A DNA stretch of 64,000 nucleotides. Origin: Neovahlkampfia damariscottae. Lineage: Eukaryota. Position numbers and translations under genes: made by a program. The DNA is taken from positions 1 to 64,000 of the forward strand of contig JABLTG010000108.1 in the NCBI GenBank assembly GCA_016618085.1, given 5' to 3'. Numbering within the stretch: the first letter of the stretch is position 1; every line of letters begins with the position of its first letter. The notes beneath the pieces were generated by a model. The model saw only the letters and a list, made by a program, of their open reading frames with translations. It ran no database searches and was not told where the DNA came from. Shown piece after piece: positions 20,303 through 35,300 of this stretch.

Positions 20303-23300
20303 TTATTTTTCAATTCCCAAATCATTCATTATATCTTCTAATTCTTTTTTTTCTTCAGAAGATTCTTTGAAATCATTTTCTTGTTTAGATTCTTTTGGAT
20401 CATCTTCTGGTATCAAATCAATAGTTGGCATTGATAATTCCACTCTTTGAGATGAAATAACATCAAATTTTTCCTCGAGATCATTAAAATCTCTTTTTGA
20501 TTTTATATCATTCATTTATGTTTTTTGATGATCACAGATCCACTAAAATCATTTGGATCAATTTTACTATCTTTTTTTGATATTTTGGATGATGAAAGAA
20601 GCGACGAGAACTGATTTCCCTTTTTCAATAATTGAGGAGAATTTGGATATCTAAAGTCTCCCGTACTATTTTCATTTTCACCTTTGAGTTGTGATTCAAT
20701 TCTTTGCATTTCCATTTTTGCTAATTCTTTTTCTTCTGCTTTCGACATTTTTTTATTTTCACTTTTGTATTTCTTTAATGTTTTTTGAAATTCAGTATCT
20801 CCTTTTAATTGTTTTAAATAAGAATCTAATTCTTTTTCTTCTTCTGTTTTCTTTTTGAATTTTTTTGCAATTTTTGAAGTCACTTTTGTTCCTTTTCTTT
20901 GAACTAAAAATAATTTTCTTTTCATTCTTTCTATTGATAATAAATCAAAAAATATATCATTCATTGATGTGAAATTCTCTTCTGGCGTATCAGAATCAGT
21001 CTTAAAATTCATTGGTTTAAAATCATAATCAACATCCCATGGCACATTTTTAATATAAAACATATCTTCATTTTCATCTCTTTCATGTAATGCAACAATT
21101 AATTTTCTTGTATCATCTTCATGTTGTTGATTTTGCATTAATCTTCTTAATTTTAATTTTAATTTTTTTTTATCATTTTTTCTTCTTGTATTTGCATCCC
21201 ATAAAATCATTGAAACAACAATTAATGTACTTCCAATCATTACAATAAACGCTAACCATTCAGCAAATACTTTTGTTCCAGTTGGAAATTGATCAACAAA
21301 AAATAAGAATCCAAAGAATAATGTTGCCATTGTAACTATAATAACAAAATAATCCATTACATTATGAAATTTTCTTTTGAATGGAACAAAAGTTGTATGT
21401 AATAAAAATCCCATAAATAACAAAAAAATACCTGCAACAATAACTAACATTTCATCCAAGAAAATATAAAGAACTGATAAAATTGTCTTTCTCATTGTAA
21501 TTACAGCTTCCCAAAAGAATAATTTGTTTCTAAAACGTGATAACATAAATTTGTTTCTTTCTCTAAAATTAGTTTCTAAACTCCATTTTGAATAATTGAA
21601 ATACACTAAAATGAAATATACCATTGCACCTCCTCCAAAAAGAATATACCAAACAATAGTCAATGGCATCATAGTGAACCATGTTGAATCATAATAACAA
21701 CGAATATCAGGTGAACTATCTAATGTATAAGTACCATCAGGTTGTTGAGTACAAACAAAAACTTCAGATGCTGTGGTCATAATGAAGATAAAAGAAAAAC
21801 TTAAAAATGCAAAGAATGCATTGATGATTCTGTTTAGAATTTTAACTAATTCTCTACTTCCTGATTTATGAGTTGAAGACCAAATAAAAATATTTCCAAT
21901 TGTTCCAAAAATGTTTCTAATTGTTCTACCAATATTTTTCCAAATTTTGTTTGATTTTTTAATATTTTCATCTTCATCATCTGAATCTACTGGTAATATT
22001 GGTTTAATGAATTTAACTTTGATTTTTGCAAGTTGTAATACTTTTCCAATTCCAGTTGCGATTACAGATCTTAGAATTAAAATGGAATATAAAATTCCAA
22101 AACTTATTAAAAAGTAAATTGGCATTAACATTTGTAACACCCAAAGTGAAACATAATTCATTCCAGGAAAGATACAATTTGGACTCAAGAAATCAGTATT
22201 AAAATTTGCAACTGATGATGCAGTGAGTGTTCCTCCAATTAAAGATGGCCATTGAATATCAAATCTAGCAAACATTGAAATTACTTGCCAAAATGAAAAA
22301 GCAATAGCAATAGAAGCGATATGATGAACTTTAGCAGATGATAAAACAAAAAATAATGATGTTAAAACAGCTAACCCACCTCCAATTGCTAATAAACGAA
22401 TCCAAACTAAAAATGGATCTCCACAAGCTCCACATTTCCCTCTGAATTTATAATAATTATCTCTACATTGACCACATCGAATACCTGAATATCCAATGGT
22501 ACAATTTTCAGGTTTTCCTCCTGGACATGATTCTTTTGGAACACAAGCATAAAAATTATGAAAATTATCTTTGGAATTCCAATATCCAGGAAGTGCAATT
22601 GGTTCAGTTGTATTGTAAGTACAAACAGCTCCAGTTGGACATGGAATACATTTTCTAAATGCACCAGCATGTTGTTCTAATTCCAGATTTAAATAAAAAC
22701 CTTTATCACACAAACAGTCTTCATGTGTTGTAGATGATTTTTTGAAACCAGTTGTATTTGTTGGACATGATTCACAAGAAAGAGATCCTGCGAAAGTACT
22801 TGATGTTCCAATTTCACATTGAATACATTCATATAATCCACCAGTTGGTTTATAAGTTCCAGGAGGACAAAGATTACAAGCTTCTTTATAAGTACTTGCT
22901 GTATATCCCGCATCACATGTTGTGTATTGAAATGATGTTTCATTTACTTCATGCCAGTCAATTTTATTGTATGATAATGATACTGTAACTATATTTGCTG
23001 GATGTGGTGGTGCTGTACAAACGACAGAAGTTGATGATTGCCTTTCACAAACTTTTTCACAAAGGATATTACCAAATTTACAATAAATGTAAGGTGCAGA
23101 TGTTCTGATATCAACAATTCCTGTTCCAAGAAAAGTAATCTGATATCCACCATAGGAAGCACCAATTTTCGGAACAGTTTGTTCTAAAAATGGTGCAGTG
23201 TAAAATTCAATATCATAACCTTTTACATTAATTTCATTTTGTGCATTTTTTAATGTCAAATAAATACTTGTTCTATTTTCCATTAATTCTTTTGGAATTG

Positions 23301-26300
23301 GGCAATACATTTTAATTGTGCTATTCGTTTCTTGAATTAAAATTGGTGCTATTTCGTATAATTCATTTCCTAAAATGGCATTACTTTTATCCAAATAAAC
23401 AGAACAATTCTTTCCTAATTCTAAAGTTAATCCATAAATAGTAACATTTAAATCATGTCTAACAGTAAATAATGGTGAAATTCCAGTGAATACAGGTTGT
23501 GGGAATGAATTTTCATAAACATATGAAGTAAAAATAAAATCATTTCCACTGTTAAAACTAAGTCCTAATTGTAATTCTAATGGATAACGAACTTCATAAG
23601 TGATATTTAATCTTTCAATTTTTGGTGAAATAAATGTTATTCTTGTTGATGATTCGACATTAAATTCAGAAATAGATGTGATATCATAAGTTCCTTCAGA
23701 ATTTTTTAAAATCAATTTGATATCTGCTTTATCAATTGTTGTGTCAAATTGTTTTCCAATAATTTCTGAATTTAAATCTCTTGATGATAAAAAATTTAAT
23801 AAATTTTTCACATCGGTGTCAATTGGTTTTACACTAACAATGGAATAAGGATCAATTAATTTATCATATTTTAGAACTGGATGATAATTAACACCATCAT
23901 TGAATGACATTGAAATATCAAGTGAAATACCTCGACTGGTTGATGGTAAATTCAAACTCACTTCATTTTCATTTATACTTCCAGGAACATTCATTGAAGC
24001 AATGGTCGAAAATAAAGTATCAAAAATTGATATTTTGAATTGAACTGATTTGAAATTCTTAAAATCACCATTAACTGAAATAAGTTGTGTGTTATTTTGA
24101 ATGATAGTTCTATTCGGTTTTACCCAAAGTATTGAAGAAGTTGTGTCAAAATTATAAACTGTAATATCATTGGAAGATGAAAAATACATTTCATTCCAAT
24201 TTTTATCATTATCGAAAAGTCCAATTTTCATTGTATATTTTCCTTCAAATTGGGGAGCTGTTTTTAACCAACATGAATCAAAATTAGAACAATCAACATT
24301 TAAATAATAACTTGAATTATGATATAAACGACAATCAAAAGAAGCATTTGATGGTTTGTATAAATTAGATTTTGGAAATCCAAGAATCTTAATTCCAACA
24401 CTATTCATTCCTAAAGCAATTATTGAAGGTGAAACTGAAAATAAATGATATTTTGAAAGAGTTACAGTGATTTTCGAATTGATATAATTTGATCCACCAT
24501 TAAACGATAATTTAACTGATAAATCACGTGGTAATTCCATTTTCAAATCATACCAAGGTGAAATGGTTGTTTTAATGTGAGTTGAATTGATAAAAACACC
24601 TGAACTTTCACGTTTCACATAATCATCATAAATTGAAACTAAAATATCTGAACTGTTGAAAAAGTTACTTCCAATCACATATATGTCAGTTGGTTGAATA
24701 TATGACAATTGAGTAGATGAAATAGCATCAACAAGAATCAAAGTGTCATCAAAAACAATTAAATCTCTTCCTAAACTCTGATAATGTTTGAAATCTATAG
24801 AAACACGCATATCATAATTTCCAACAGCATTTAGTTCTGGAACATTGCACAACAATAAAAATGAATTTTCAACTGAACACGCATCACTTGCTATTTGTGA
24901 AACTCCAGCAATCTGAAATCCAAATGATTCACCAGAAAACAATATTGGTTGTGATGTATGAATATAAACTTGTGTTTTGGAATCCTTTTTCACATACATT
25001 GAAGGTTTGAGTTCTTTCATTGTGATTAATGAGTATACAGTGAAATAAGGATTTAATTTAAAACCATAGATTCCATCAATACTGAATATCATTGGAAATT
25101 TCTTTGGAGTGTTCCAATTTGAAATATTCTTGTGGAGATTTGGAAAGGTGCATGTGACTGACTGTGGATTCTCTTCTTCACTATCTGGAAAAGTGCAATC
25201 TTCCATCTGAATTTTTGAAGGTCCAAAATCAATAGACAAAGAATAATTGTATAGTTTATAGTCTGTTGGATATCCATATGAAAAGTCCAATACAACAGGA
25301 AATTTTCCAGAAGACAAACCTCTGTTTGGTTTCATTTCTGGAATTTCCAATAAAGAAGTTATTTTGGCAGCATTTGGAGATATCACAACATCTCCATATT
25401 CTGAGGCGAATATCAACTTAAGCTCATATTGATAACTTTCAACACTAGAAGGAGTTCCAAAAGTTTTGAATAAACAACTTAAATGTGAGGTATTGATTCC
25501 AGGTTGATACTCTGAATCTAATAAATCAAAAGATACATCAGATGATCTTGTATCATTTTCTGTGAATGTGAAATTACATTTAAATTTGAATCTATTGTAA
25601 TTTAATATTTGTGCTACATTAGCAATGATTTTGACAGGTTTATAAAGTCTTTCATAATATGAAATTAAATATGGTTTTAAATGTTCAAATGTCATCTGAG
25701 AATAGTAATAAGTCAAATAATCAACTTCAAATCCTTTGGAAATCTCTCCAGATTTTGAATGAGAAATATAAAATGTTAAATTTAATTGAGATGGTAATGC
25801 AGTTATAGTTTCAATATTACTTTGAGAAAAAGCACATAATGGTGTATTTCCTGAATAATCACAATTAATTTTTGATGTAATTGGAAAATCTACAACTGGA
25901 GTCATATTTAATTGATAATTGAACATTCCTAATGATGGTAATGTGAACAACATTGCAGAAGGATTTTTCAGTGTGTTTTCATTCACAAGTCTTTTGATAT
26001 TCCATGAAATGGGTTCTCTGATGAATAAATAAGCTTGGAAATCTGAAGTAACTGAAAAATTATGATTTCCATTTGTGTCCATGAATAAAGAAACTTTTAA
26101 CATTTCTACAACATTTGAGAATGTCTTTTTTTCAATGTGACAATTAAATGATCTTTTGGAGTTTCCATTATTCAAAGCTTTGGAATATAACACTCCATCA
26201 TTCATTGATTCATATCGACAAAATAAACCTCTTGAAATTAACAAATCATTTTCAATGTTCAAAGTAATTTCATCAGATAATGAACTAATTCCATTAAATT

Positions 26301-29300
26301 TATGACCTTGAGAAAATGGAAATATTGAAATTGTTGATATTTGATTCAAGAAATAAAATTGTGAATTTGAATCTTGATTTGTACTGAATGGAATAGAAAT
26401 CTTTGTTGTTTTTGAAACAATGTTAATTGAAGTAAAATTTGAAAAATCAATTGATTTTACAGTTCCAATTAAACATTCAAATACACTTCCTTTTAACACA
26501 GCATCTGTTACAACCCCAGAAAAAACACATTTATATTCAACTCTTGATCCATAAAAATCGGATGTTAAACTTGAATTTAATTGAACTTTTTGTGATTTAG
26601 AAATACTTGCGAATGGTGTAACACTTGTGATATTGATATTATTGATGAACATAATATCTAATGAATTACTTGAAACTTGAATTTCACCTTTGTAAGCATA
26701 AGAATCTCTGTACCATAATGTTGCAACTGTAGCTGTTTCAATTGATGCTGATGAAGAACAAATGTATTGTTTTGGGATTATTGGATCAAAATAAGTTTTT
26801 ACAAATGAATTTCCAATTTTACATTGAACTTTTGATTTTTGTTCGTCCAATAAGAGTGATCCATCATTCAATTTAATTGTAAAATTGGTAATTTGATTTG
26901 TATATCCAATATTATTGGTTCCTGAAACAAATTCAATTATTGATGTTGAAAGAATAGTGATATTTTTTGCTGTTGAAATTGGAAACATTGATCTGAATTC
27001 AATACTATGAATATTTTTGTAAAATAATTGAATTTCAAATGTTCCTTTTGGATCTAATACTGATAATGGTGTAATATCATTTTGAACAGTAATTTCGTTA
27101 TTTAAAGTTCCAAAAGAAATATCAGTACGATAAGATAAAAGTGGTGCAAATACACCAATTAATTCTCCTTGAATCATTGTGACATTTTTATCCAATGTAA
27201 TATTTAGTGGAAATGTTAAATCTTTTCCAGAAACAACTTGTGGATAAAAATCAACAATTTCTCTTTTTTCATAAACAATCCAATGAACAGATAAATTCTT
27301 TCCTTTCAATGATGATTCAGAAAATTTCAAAGCATAAGAATTGAATGATGGAGCAATAGTTGAAGGTAATTCTGGAGTTGAACAATATAATGATGAAATA
27401 TTCTTAAAACAATCAAATTGATATTTTGAATCTAAATTTGAATCAATGAATGTTACATTGGATTCAATATGATTATATTCTGCGATAATAACCTTTTCAT
27501 TTCCAATTGGTAATCCAAAAGCAGGTTGAAAATAATCAGAACTAATAAAATTGAATGTTTCATCAATTAATGTTAATTTTCTTTCAATTCCTTTTGATGT
27601 CATCCAAATACTCAAAAGAGGTTTTCCTTCAATAAATGATGAAACATCACATTCAAATTTTCCATCTGATAATTTTGTTGCCTGAACAACATTTTCATAA
27701 ACATTTCCAATATATCCATATTTGCATGTAAAATTAGAATTTCCATAATCAAGAGATGTATCAAATCCAGTTGCAATAGTTAATGTATTTGTACGATTTA
27801 CAATTGCAGCAAGTGGTGAAATACCTGTAATCAATGCTGTTTTAGCAAAAATTAATTCTAATGTATTGGAAGAAATTTGAAAACTAAAATCATTTTCTTT
27901 ATACCACAAACTTAATTGTTTTTTTCCTCCAAAATTCGTTTTAGTTAATGCTCGAAATTGAAAAGTATTTCCAAATGATGTTGTGAAATTATTAATCGTT
28001 GCAAATCCAGATGAATCAGATAATTTTAATGCAAAATATTCAGTTAAATGTGAAGGAATGAATGTGGTAATATTCACAAAATATTCGACTTGTGTTTCAG
28101 TTAATGAAAATTGAACTTGAGATTCATATGAAAATGAAATACTTGAAGGTGTTAAATAATAAAGTTTAGTGATTGATTCATTCAATGTTATATAAATATT
28201 CTTATTTCCAGATAAATTTGGAATTCTAAAGAATGATTTTAATTGAATAATATTTGATTGATGATCATTATAAATTATTGGACATTTGATTGATTTATCT
28301 GTTAATTTGACACCCAATGAATTATTTTTGTTGTATTCACAATAAAAATCAATATTTTCTTTGAATTCATTTCTCATTGATTCTTGAATGAACGTTAATG
28401 TTAAATTGATGTTATTTCCAATTTTAGATGCATGTGGAAATAAATCCATAATTTCACGATTTTTGTATAAAATCAATCCTTGATGAACATTCAATAAATC
28501 TGAGAAAATAGAAGATACTTTTTCATATTGAACTTTAAATCCTAATGAATAAATATCAAGTGTTGATTGTTCAATAATATTAATTTTTGAACATGAAATA
28601 ATACCAGTTCCATTGATAGAACATGGGAATTCATTTCCAAGATTTGATATAATTTTATGTTTCAAATCATGATAATTTGAAGGAACAATAAATGAATTTG
28701 AATTATTTTTTGATAAAATCAATGTTTTACTTTCTTCAAAAGTTGTAAATTCAGGAATGAATTTCAATGAAACAATTTGGATCATTGAACTTGTTGTTGA
28801 AATAATTCCACCAAGTCCATCTTCAGTTGAATTAATAAATAAAGAAATTGGAACAACTTCTTCAATTCCTAGTGTATTGAATGAACAACTGAATATATTT
28901 TCATTTGATTCACTATTAACACTTGGAATATCATTTGAATAAATTCTACAATAATATGAATAAGAAGGATGTAATTTCTTTGAAATATTGAATTCAACTG
29001 TTAATTTAGAATTTTGTTGTGAAATTGAATCTCCAACATAAGGTAATTCACTTAAAAATGTTACATTTTCTTTGAATAAATTTGAAGTCATGGTAAAATT
29101 AACAATTTCTGAAAAATGAGATGATGATACTTGTATTTCATAATCGATTCTCATTGGAGTATGTGTTAATGATATACCATCGATTGAACAAATTGAAATT
29201 GGAGAACTAAAATCACATTTAACTAATTTTGATGGATTTTTAGTTGAATATTCAGGAATTAACTTCATTTTATAATCATCAAAACTAACTTTGGTATGTT

Positions 29301-32300
29301 GTAATTTTAATGGATTTGTAAAATTAAGTGTAAAATTAGTATTGAAATAATGAGGTGTAATTGTGTTTGGAATCAAAATTTGAATTGGTTCTTTTAAATA
29401 CACATAGGTTAAATTATTTGAAGTTAAAATAAAGTTTAAATTTGAATTTTGATCAGAAACATTCATAAAAAGATTAAATCCAATTAATTCTGATGTTGAT
29501 AATAAATTATTCACTTCCATGAAACAAGAAACTAATTTAGTGTTTCCATTCACAAATTTTGCACGCGAGTAACTAATTTTTCCATTATGATTATAAGCAC
29601 AATTTAATCCAACATCAGTGAATAAATCACTTGAACTTGTAATTTGAACACTTGAATTTTTGTTATTGGACGAAATTGAAAATTTATCTATAAATGGATA
29701 TAAATAATTCGTTTGAATAAGATCCATAAAAATGAATTCAATATGGTTAGATGTTCCAATTACTGACTCTCCAGTCGGAATATAAACAGCCCAAATAGTT
29801 ATATTAATCTTTTTTCCAGTTAATGAGAAAATATTTGATTTGAAAATAGGATTAATGAATGTTGCATCATATGTTGATGAATCATAATGAACTTCAAATC
29901 TTACTTTTCCTGAATAATTAACATTCACATAATTATTCCATAATTGAATTGTTGAATTACTTATTAATGCACCAACAGGATCAATCTTTGAAATAGAAAA
30001 TAGTTTAAAAAATCCAAATATCAATTGATTGTTATTGAGTGTTAAAATCGATTCTGTTGTTGTTGTGATACTAGGCACAAATGAATATTCTACTCCAGTA
30101 ATAATATTTGAACGATTTACATCAGGATTTCCGAAATAAATGTCATATCCTGAAATACTTCCACTGACGGATTCTTGAACTTTGAATACGATAGTGGATG
30201 ATGATGTACCACAATTCTTCACATTTCTACTAATTTCTTTACCCTTATAAGTAACAACAACATCACTACAATCAGATTTCATGTTTTTTGATAATATTAA
30301 AGATCCAGTGTCAACTTTAGTGTATTTTAAATATAAAGAGGTATCCAAAGCATTAGTTGAAACAAATGTCAAATTTTTGAAATTTTTAAAGGTATTGTGA
30401 ATATTTTGAACTTTGAATGCTCCATATTCTTTGAAACTCATTCCAATATTCTTGAAACCTGCTGTGGATGTTAAAATAGAACATCCATAATTTGAGACAG
30501 AAACTAAAGATGTTGTAACATAATTCCCATCAAATTTACAAACTACTCTATCACGATAATTCAGTGGAATATTTGCTGAATCTAATTTCACAATTGCATC
30601 ATATGAAACTAATGTATTTCCAAATTGTTTACTTGTTGAATCATATGAAATAGATCCAAAATTGAAGAAAAATAATGAAATAAAATTCAAAGATAATTCA
30701 CTTCTGAATCCTTTTGAATCTTTAAACCAAAATGTTAAATTTCTATGAATCGTTGAGGTAATGATACATTTGAATTCATTTGAATTAATTCTGGTTGCTG
30801 GAATAATTGTTAAATCTTCTAATTGACATTCTAGAGAAGAAGCCAATGATTCATCAATATTTTCGGTGAATGAAAATTCAAAATTTCTTGTTCCTGATAT
30901 ACTTGTAATTGATGAAGATGGATAAATTGAACTCTTTTTGATTGTATAAAATTCAAATGGATTCTCATTTAAAATCATATTAAATGATTTATAAATTGCA
31001 TGAACATTAAACGTAAATGTATGTGATTTTGAATATGAAACTGAAAGACATTTGATCATTGTTGAATTCATTACAATTGCTGAATAATTTCCATTTTGAT
31101 GAACACAATAATAATTGATATTTAACATACTTGAATTTAAAGTTGAACTATTAAATTCAACATAAACATCAGTTATAACATTCGAAATAATTGCTTTTGG
31201 ATATATAGAAACAATTTTGTTTTTTTGATAAAAAATTGTTTCAATAGTTGAAATAACAACATTACCATCATGAAAACTGAGTGGAATTAGTAAAATATCA
31301 CCAGGAAATGAAATGGTTGATGATTTCTTACAATTTTGAATTTTACCTGATGAAAATAGACATGGAAAATCAATAGAATATCGAGTATTATTCAATTTAT
31401 AATTAAATCCAGATTTACCAGGTAATAAAGCACCATTTGTATCAGTTAATGAAATATCACCAATGAAACTCGAATAAATTTCAGGTGTTGTCAATTTTGT
31501 TGTGATTAACCAAAATGAAACATGATTTAATGATACTCTATGATTTTCAGAATATTCATATAAAATGATTTGTTTTTCACCTGTATTTGGAACAGTTAAA
31601 TTAAGAACACATGAAATTAATTTTCCATCCATTGAAATAGATTCTGACAAAACAAAATAACCATCTATAATAATTGCACATTTTACATTATTTCCAATAT
31701 TTTTTCTATATCTTGTCATATTTTGATCAGTTTTAATTTGAACAATTTGTGATTTTCCTGTATTATCTGAATGAATTAAATGACGGTCAATACTTGAAAT
31801 ATTTGAATAAGGTAAATTAATTAAATGAATATTAGTTGTAATTCTTTCTGTTAATGATGAATTATATTTATAACCGATAGATAAATATTGATCAATATCA
31901 TTCAATAATCCCGATCTTGAACAAATGATATTGTTATCATTGGTTGATTTACTTTTAGTAATAAAATCAATTGTATTACTTTTATCAAATTTAGTGGATA
32001 AACATCTAATTTTGCTTTTTCCTAAATAATATTTACAAATTGATTCAATGGTATAATTCAGTTTGAGATCAATTTCATGAGGTAACATCACATAATTTGA
32101 TAATTTTAAAGAAACAAAACTACAGGAATTTGAATCAAAACTTTCACAATAAAGTGATTTTTGATGATTCACTGTTGAAATAGTAAATGTATTTTCCAAC
32201 CATGTTTCTGGATAAATACCACATTCTTCATTTCCATCCATTATTAAACTTTCAAATTTTGTAAAATATGATTTTTGAACTTCATATTGATCTCCTGCAT

Positions 32301-35300
32301 TTGAAATACTATTATAACTTAAATTTAAAAGTCTTATTGAATTTGGAAGATAAATCTCAAATTTTGAAGATGATTTCATTGAATTTAATGATAAATCAAC
32401 TTTTTGTAATGATGTGAAATTTAACATATTTGGAATAGATCCAGTAAATCCTAAATTTCTTAATGATAATTCAATAATTCTGAAAGATGAATCACAAATA
32501 GTTTTAATATTTTGAACATTTTTGTTACAATAACATTCAGGTCCAAAATCAGTACATTCTTTGAACGATGTTTTATTTACTTTACATCCAATAGAACATG
32601 AAGAATTAACGAAATTATAAAGATCCGAAAATTCACAATTTTTACCATAATATGAAGTTTGACAAGTACAAATATCTTTTTCAGTACAATTTCCGTTTGT
32701 TGAACAAACATCTGAATTTGTTGAATCAATTCCAAAACAAATATTATTTTGACATTCATTTCCTGAATAACCAATATTACAACTACAATTATTAGGTGAT
32801 GAACAAGTTCCTCTTTTTATAGAAGTACATGAATTTGAATTATTTCCAGGTTTTCCAAAACAAATTGGAATTTCACAATCAAATCCAGTGTATTCATATT
32901 GACAATTGCAAATATTTGGTGAATTACATGTTCCATGATTTGAACAAACTGAAATAAATTCATTTGAAATTCCATTACAAATGGTATATTGACAATCATT
33001 TCCTGTGAATCCAGAATTACAAGTACAATTATTTGGAATTGAACAAGATCCTCTTGAATTACAAACAGATGAATTTGTGGATACAATTGAATTACAAATT
33101 GCATGCTCACAATTATTTCCAGTCCAACCTTGTTTACATTTGCAAATATCAGGATCACTGCAATTTCCATTTCCTGAACAAACATTGGACTTTAAAGAAC
33201 TAACCGAATAACAAACAGGTGAATTACAATCATTTCCTGACCATTGTGATGTACAATTACAATTATCAGGTCCAGTACAAATTCCTTTTGGATATGAACA
33301 ATTTTTAACTGCATCACAATCAAAAACTGAACAATTGGAATTATGCCATCCAGAAAAGCAAGAACAATTATTTGCACCAACACATAATCCATTTGCATTA
33401 CAATTATCAACATCAGTACAAACTGTAACATTACAATAAATTCCAGAATACCCAGAAGATAAACATTCACAAGTATCTGGTGAGTTACATCTACCATTTC
33501 CTGAACAAACTTGTGGGAAATTTGAAGCAATTCCAAAACAAATAGGTAAAGAACAATTTGATCCAGTATATTCCGAATTACAATTGCAAGAATTTGGTCC
33601 AATACAAGTTCCATGAGATGAACAATTATTTCTATCAAGACAAATGAATGTTTCACAATCATTTCCTGTCCAACCATCAAAACAATTACAAGTATTTGGA
33701 GAAGAACAAATTCCATTTGAAGAACAAACAGAAGATAAATTTGAAGAAATTTCGTTACAAATATTAAATTCACAATCTAATCCAATATATCCATCATTAC
33801 AATAACATTGTTCTTTTCCAATGCAACTTCCATTTGAATGACAAACACTTGAATCATTTGATAATTTTTCGTTGCAAGTAAAAATATCACATTTATCTCC
33901 AAAATATGAATTTGAACAAATACATTGATTTGGTTTGGAACAAGTTCCATTTCCAGAACAAACTAATTCTTGTGTTGAAGATACTCCATAACAAATTGGG
34001 TTTTCACAATTATTTCCATCATAAGATGAAGAACAAATGCAAGTATCAGGTGCAATACAATTTCCATTTCCAGAACAAATAGTTGAATCATTTGATAATT
34101 TTCCAAAACAAATTGGAATTTCACATTGGTTTCCAGAAAAACCACTTGTACAATTACAAGTATCTGAAGTAATACAAGTACCATTATTTCCTGAACATGC
34201 TGTTGGATCAGTTTCCCCAAAACAAATTGGAATTTCACATTTATTTCCTGTATATCCATCATCACAAATACATGTATTTGGAGCAATACAACGACCTTTG
34301 TTGGAACAAACACCATGAAAAGATGACAAAATTCCGAAACAAATTGATTTTTCGCATTCATCACCGGCTAAACCTGTTAAACATTCACATTTATTTCCAG
34401 CAACACAAGTACCATTTCCAGATGAACATGCAATTGGATTTACTTTTGAATAACAAATTGGTGTTTCACAAAAATCTCCTTGATATCCTTCTTTACAATC
34501 ACAAACATTTGGTGAAATGCAAGTTCCATTTTGATAATTACAAACTTTTGAATCACTTGAAGCAATGTCATTACATTTTGGATATTCACATTGATCTCCA
34601 GCATAATTTGTTGAACAATTACAAACATTTGGTGAAATACATGTTCCATTTCCTGCATTACACGCATTTGATCCAGATAATCCACCACAAATTGCGTTTT
34701 CACATTGAGTTCCAGTATAACCTGTACCACATGAACAAATATCTGGTGTAGTACAACTTCCATGACCTGAGCATACTTTTTCATTATCAGCAGGATGTTC
34801 AAAACAAATTGGTGTTTCACATTGTGTTCCTGTGTGCCCAGTGGCACAACGACAAGAATCTGGTGATATGCAAGAACCATGTGCAGAACAAACAGTTGGT
34901 TCATTGGAAAGAATTCCAAAACATTTTGGATATTGACATTCATTTCCTGCATAATTTTCATTACAAACACATGTGTTTGGAGCTGAGCAAGTTCCATTTT
35001 GATTGTTACAAACCGATGCATCATTATTGAGTGTTCCATAACATAAATAATTTTCACAGTATGTGCCAGAATATCCAGTAGCACAATAACATTTGTCCAA
35101 ATTTCCTTTATGGTTTGATCAAAAAATTTAATTATTTACCTCCAATTGTTTTACAATCTCCATTATTATTACAATAGCCATTAAATCCAATGAAATTAAT
35201 ATCAGAGAGTGTGACTGTTTGTGGTTGCGGTTTTCCATCTATATTTCTGGTACCCACATAACCAACACCTACATAGAAAGTCCCAGTAAAAGTGATGGTT

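Noticed and set aside
32577..35084. Many overlapping ORFs in alternative frames and on the opposite strand
   Set aside because: They are shadows of the Cys/Asn/Gly-rich EGF repeat codons and have no independent coding features.
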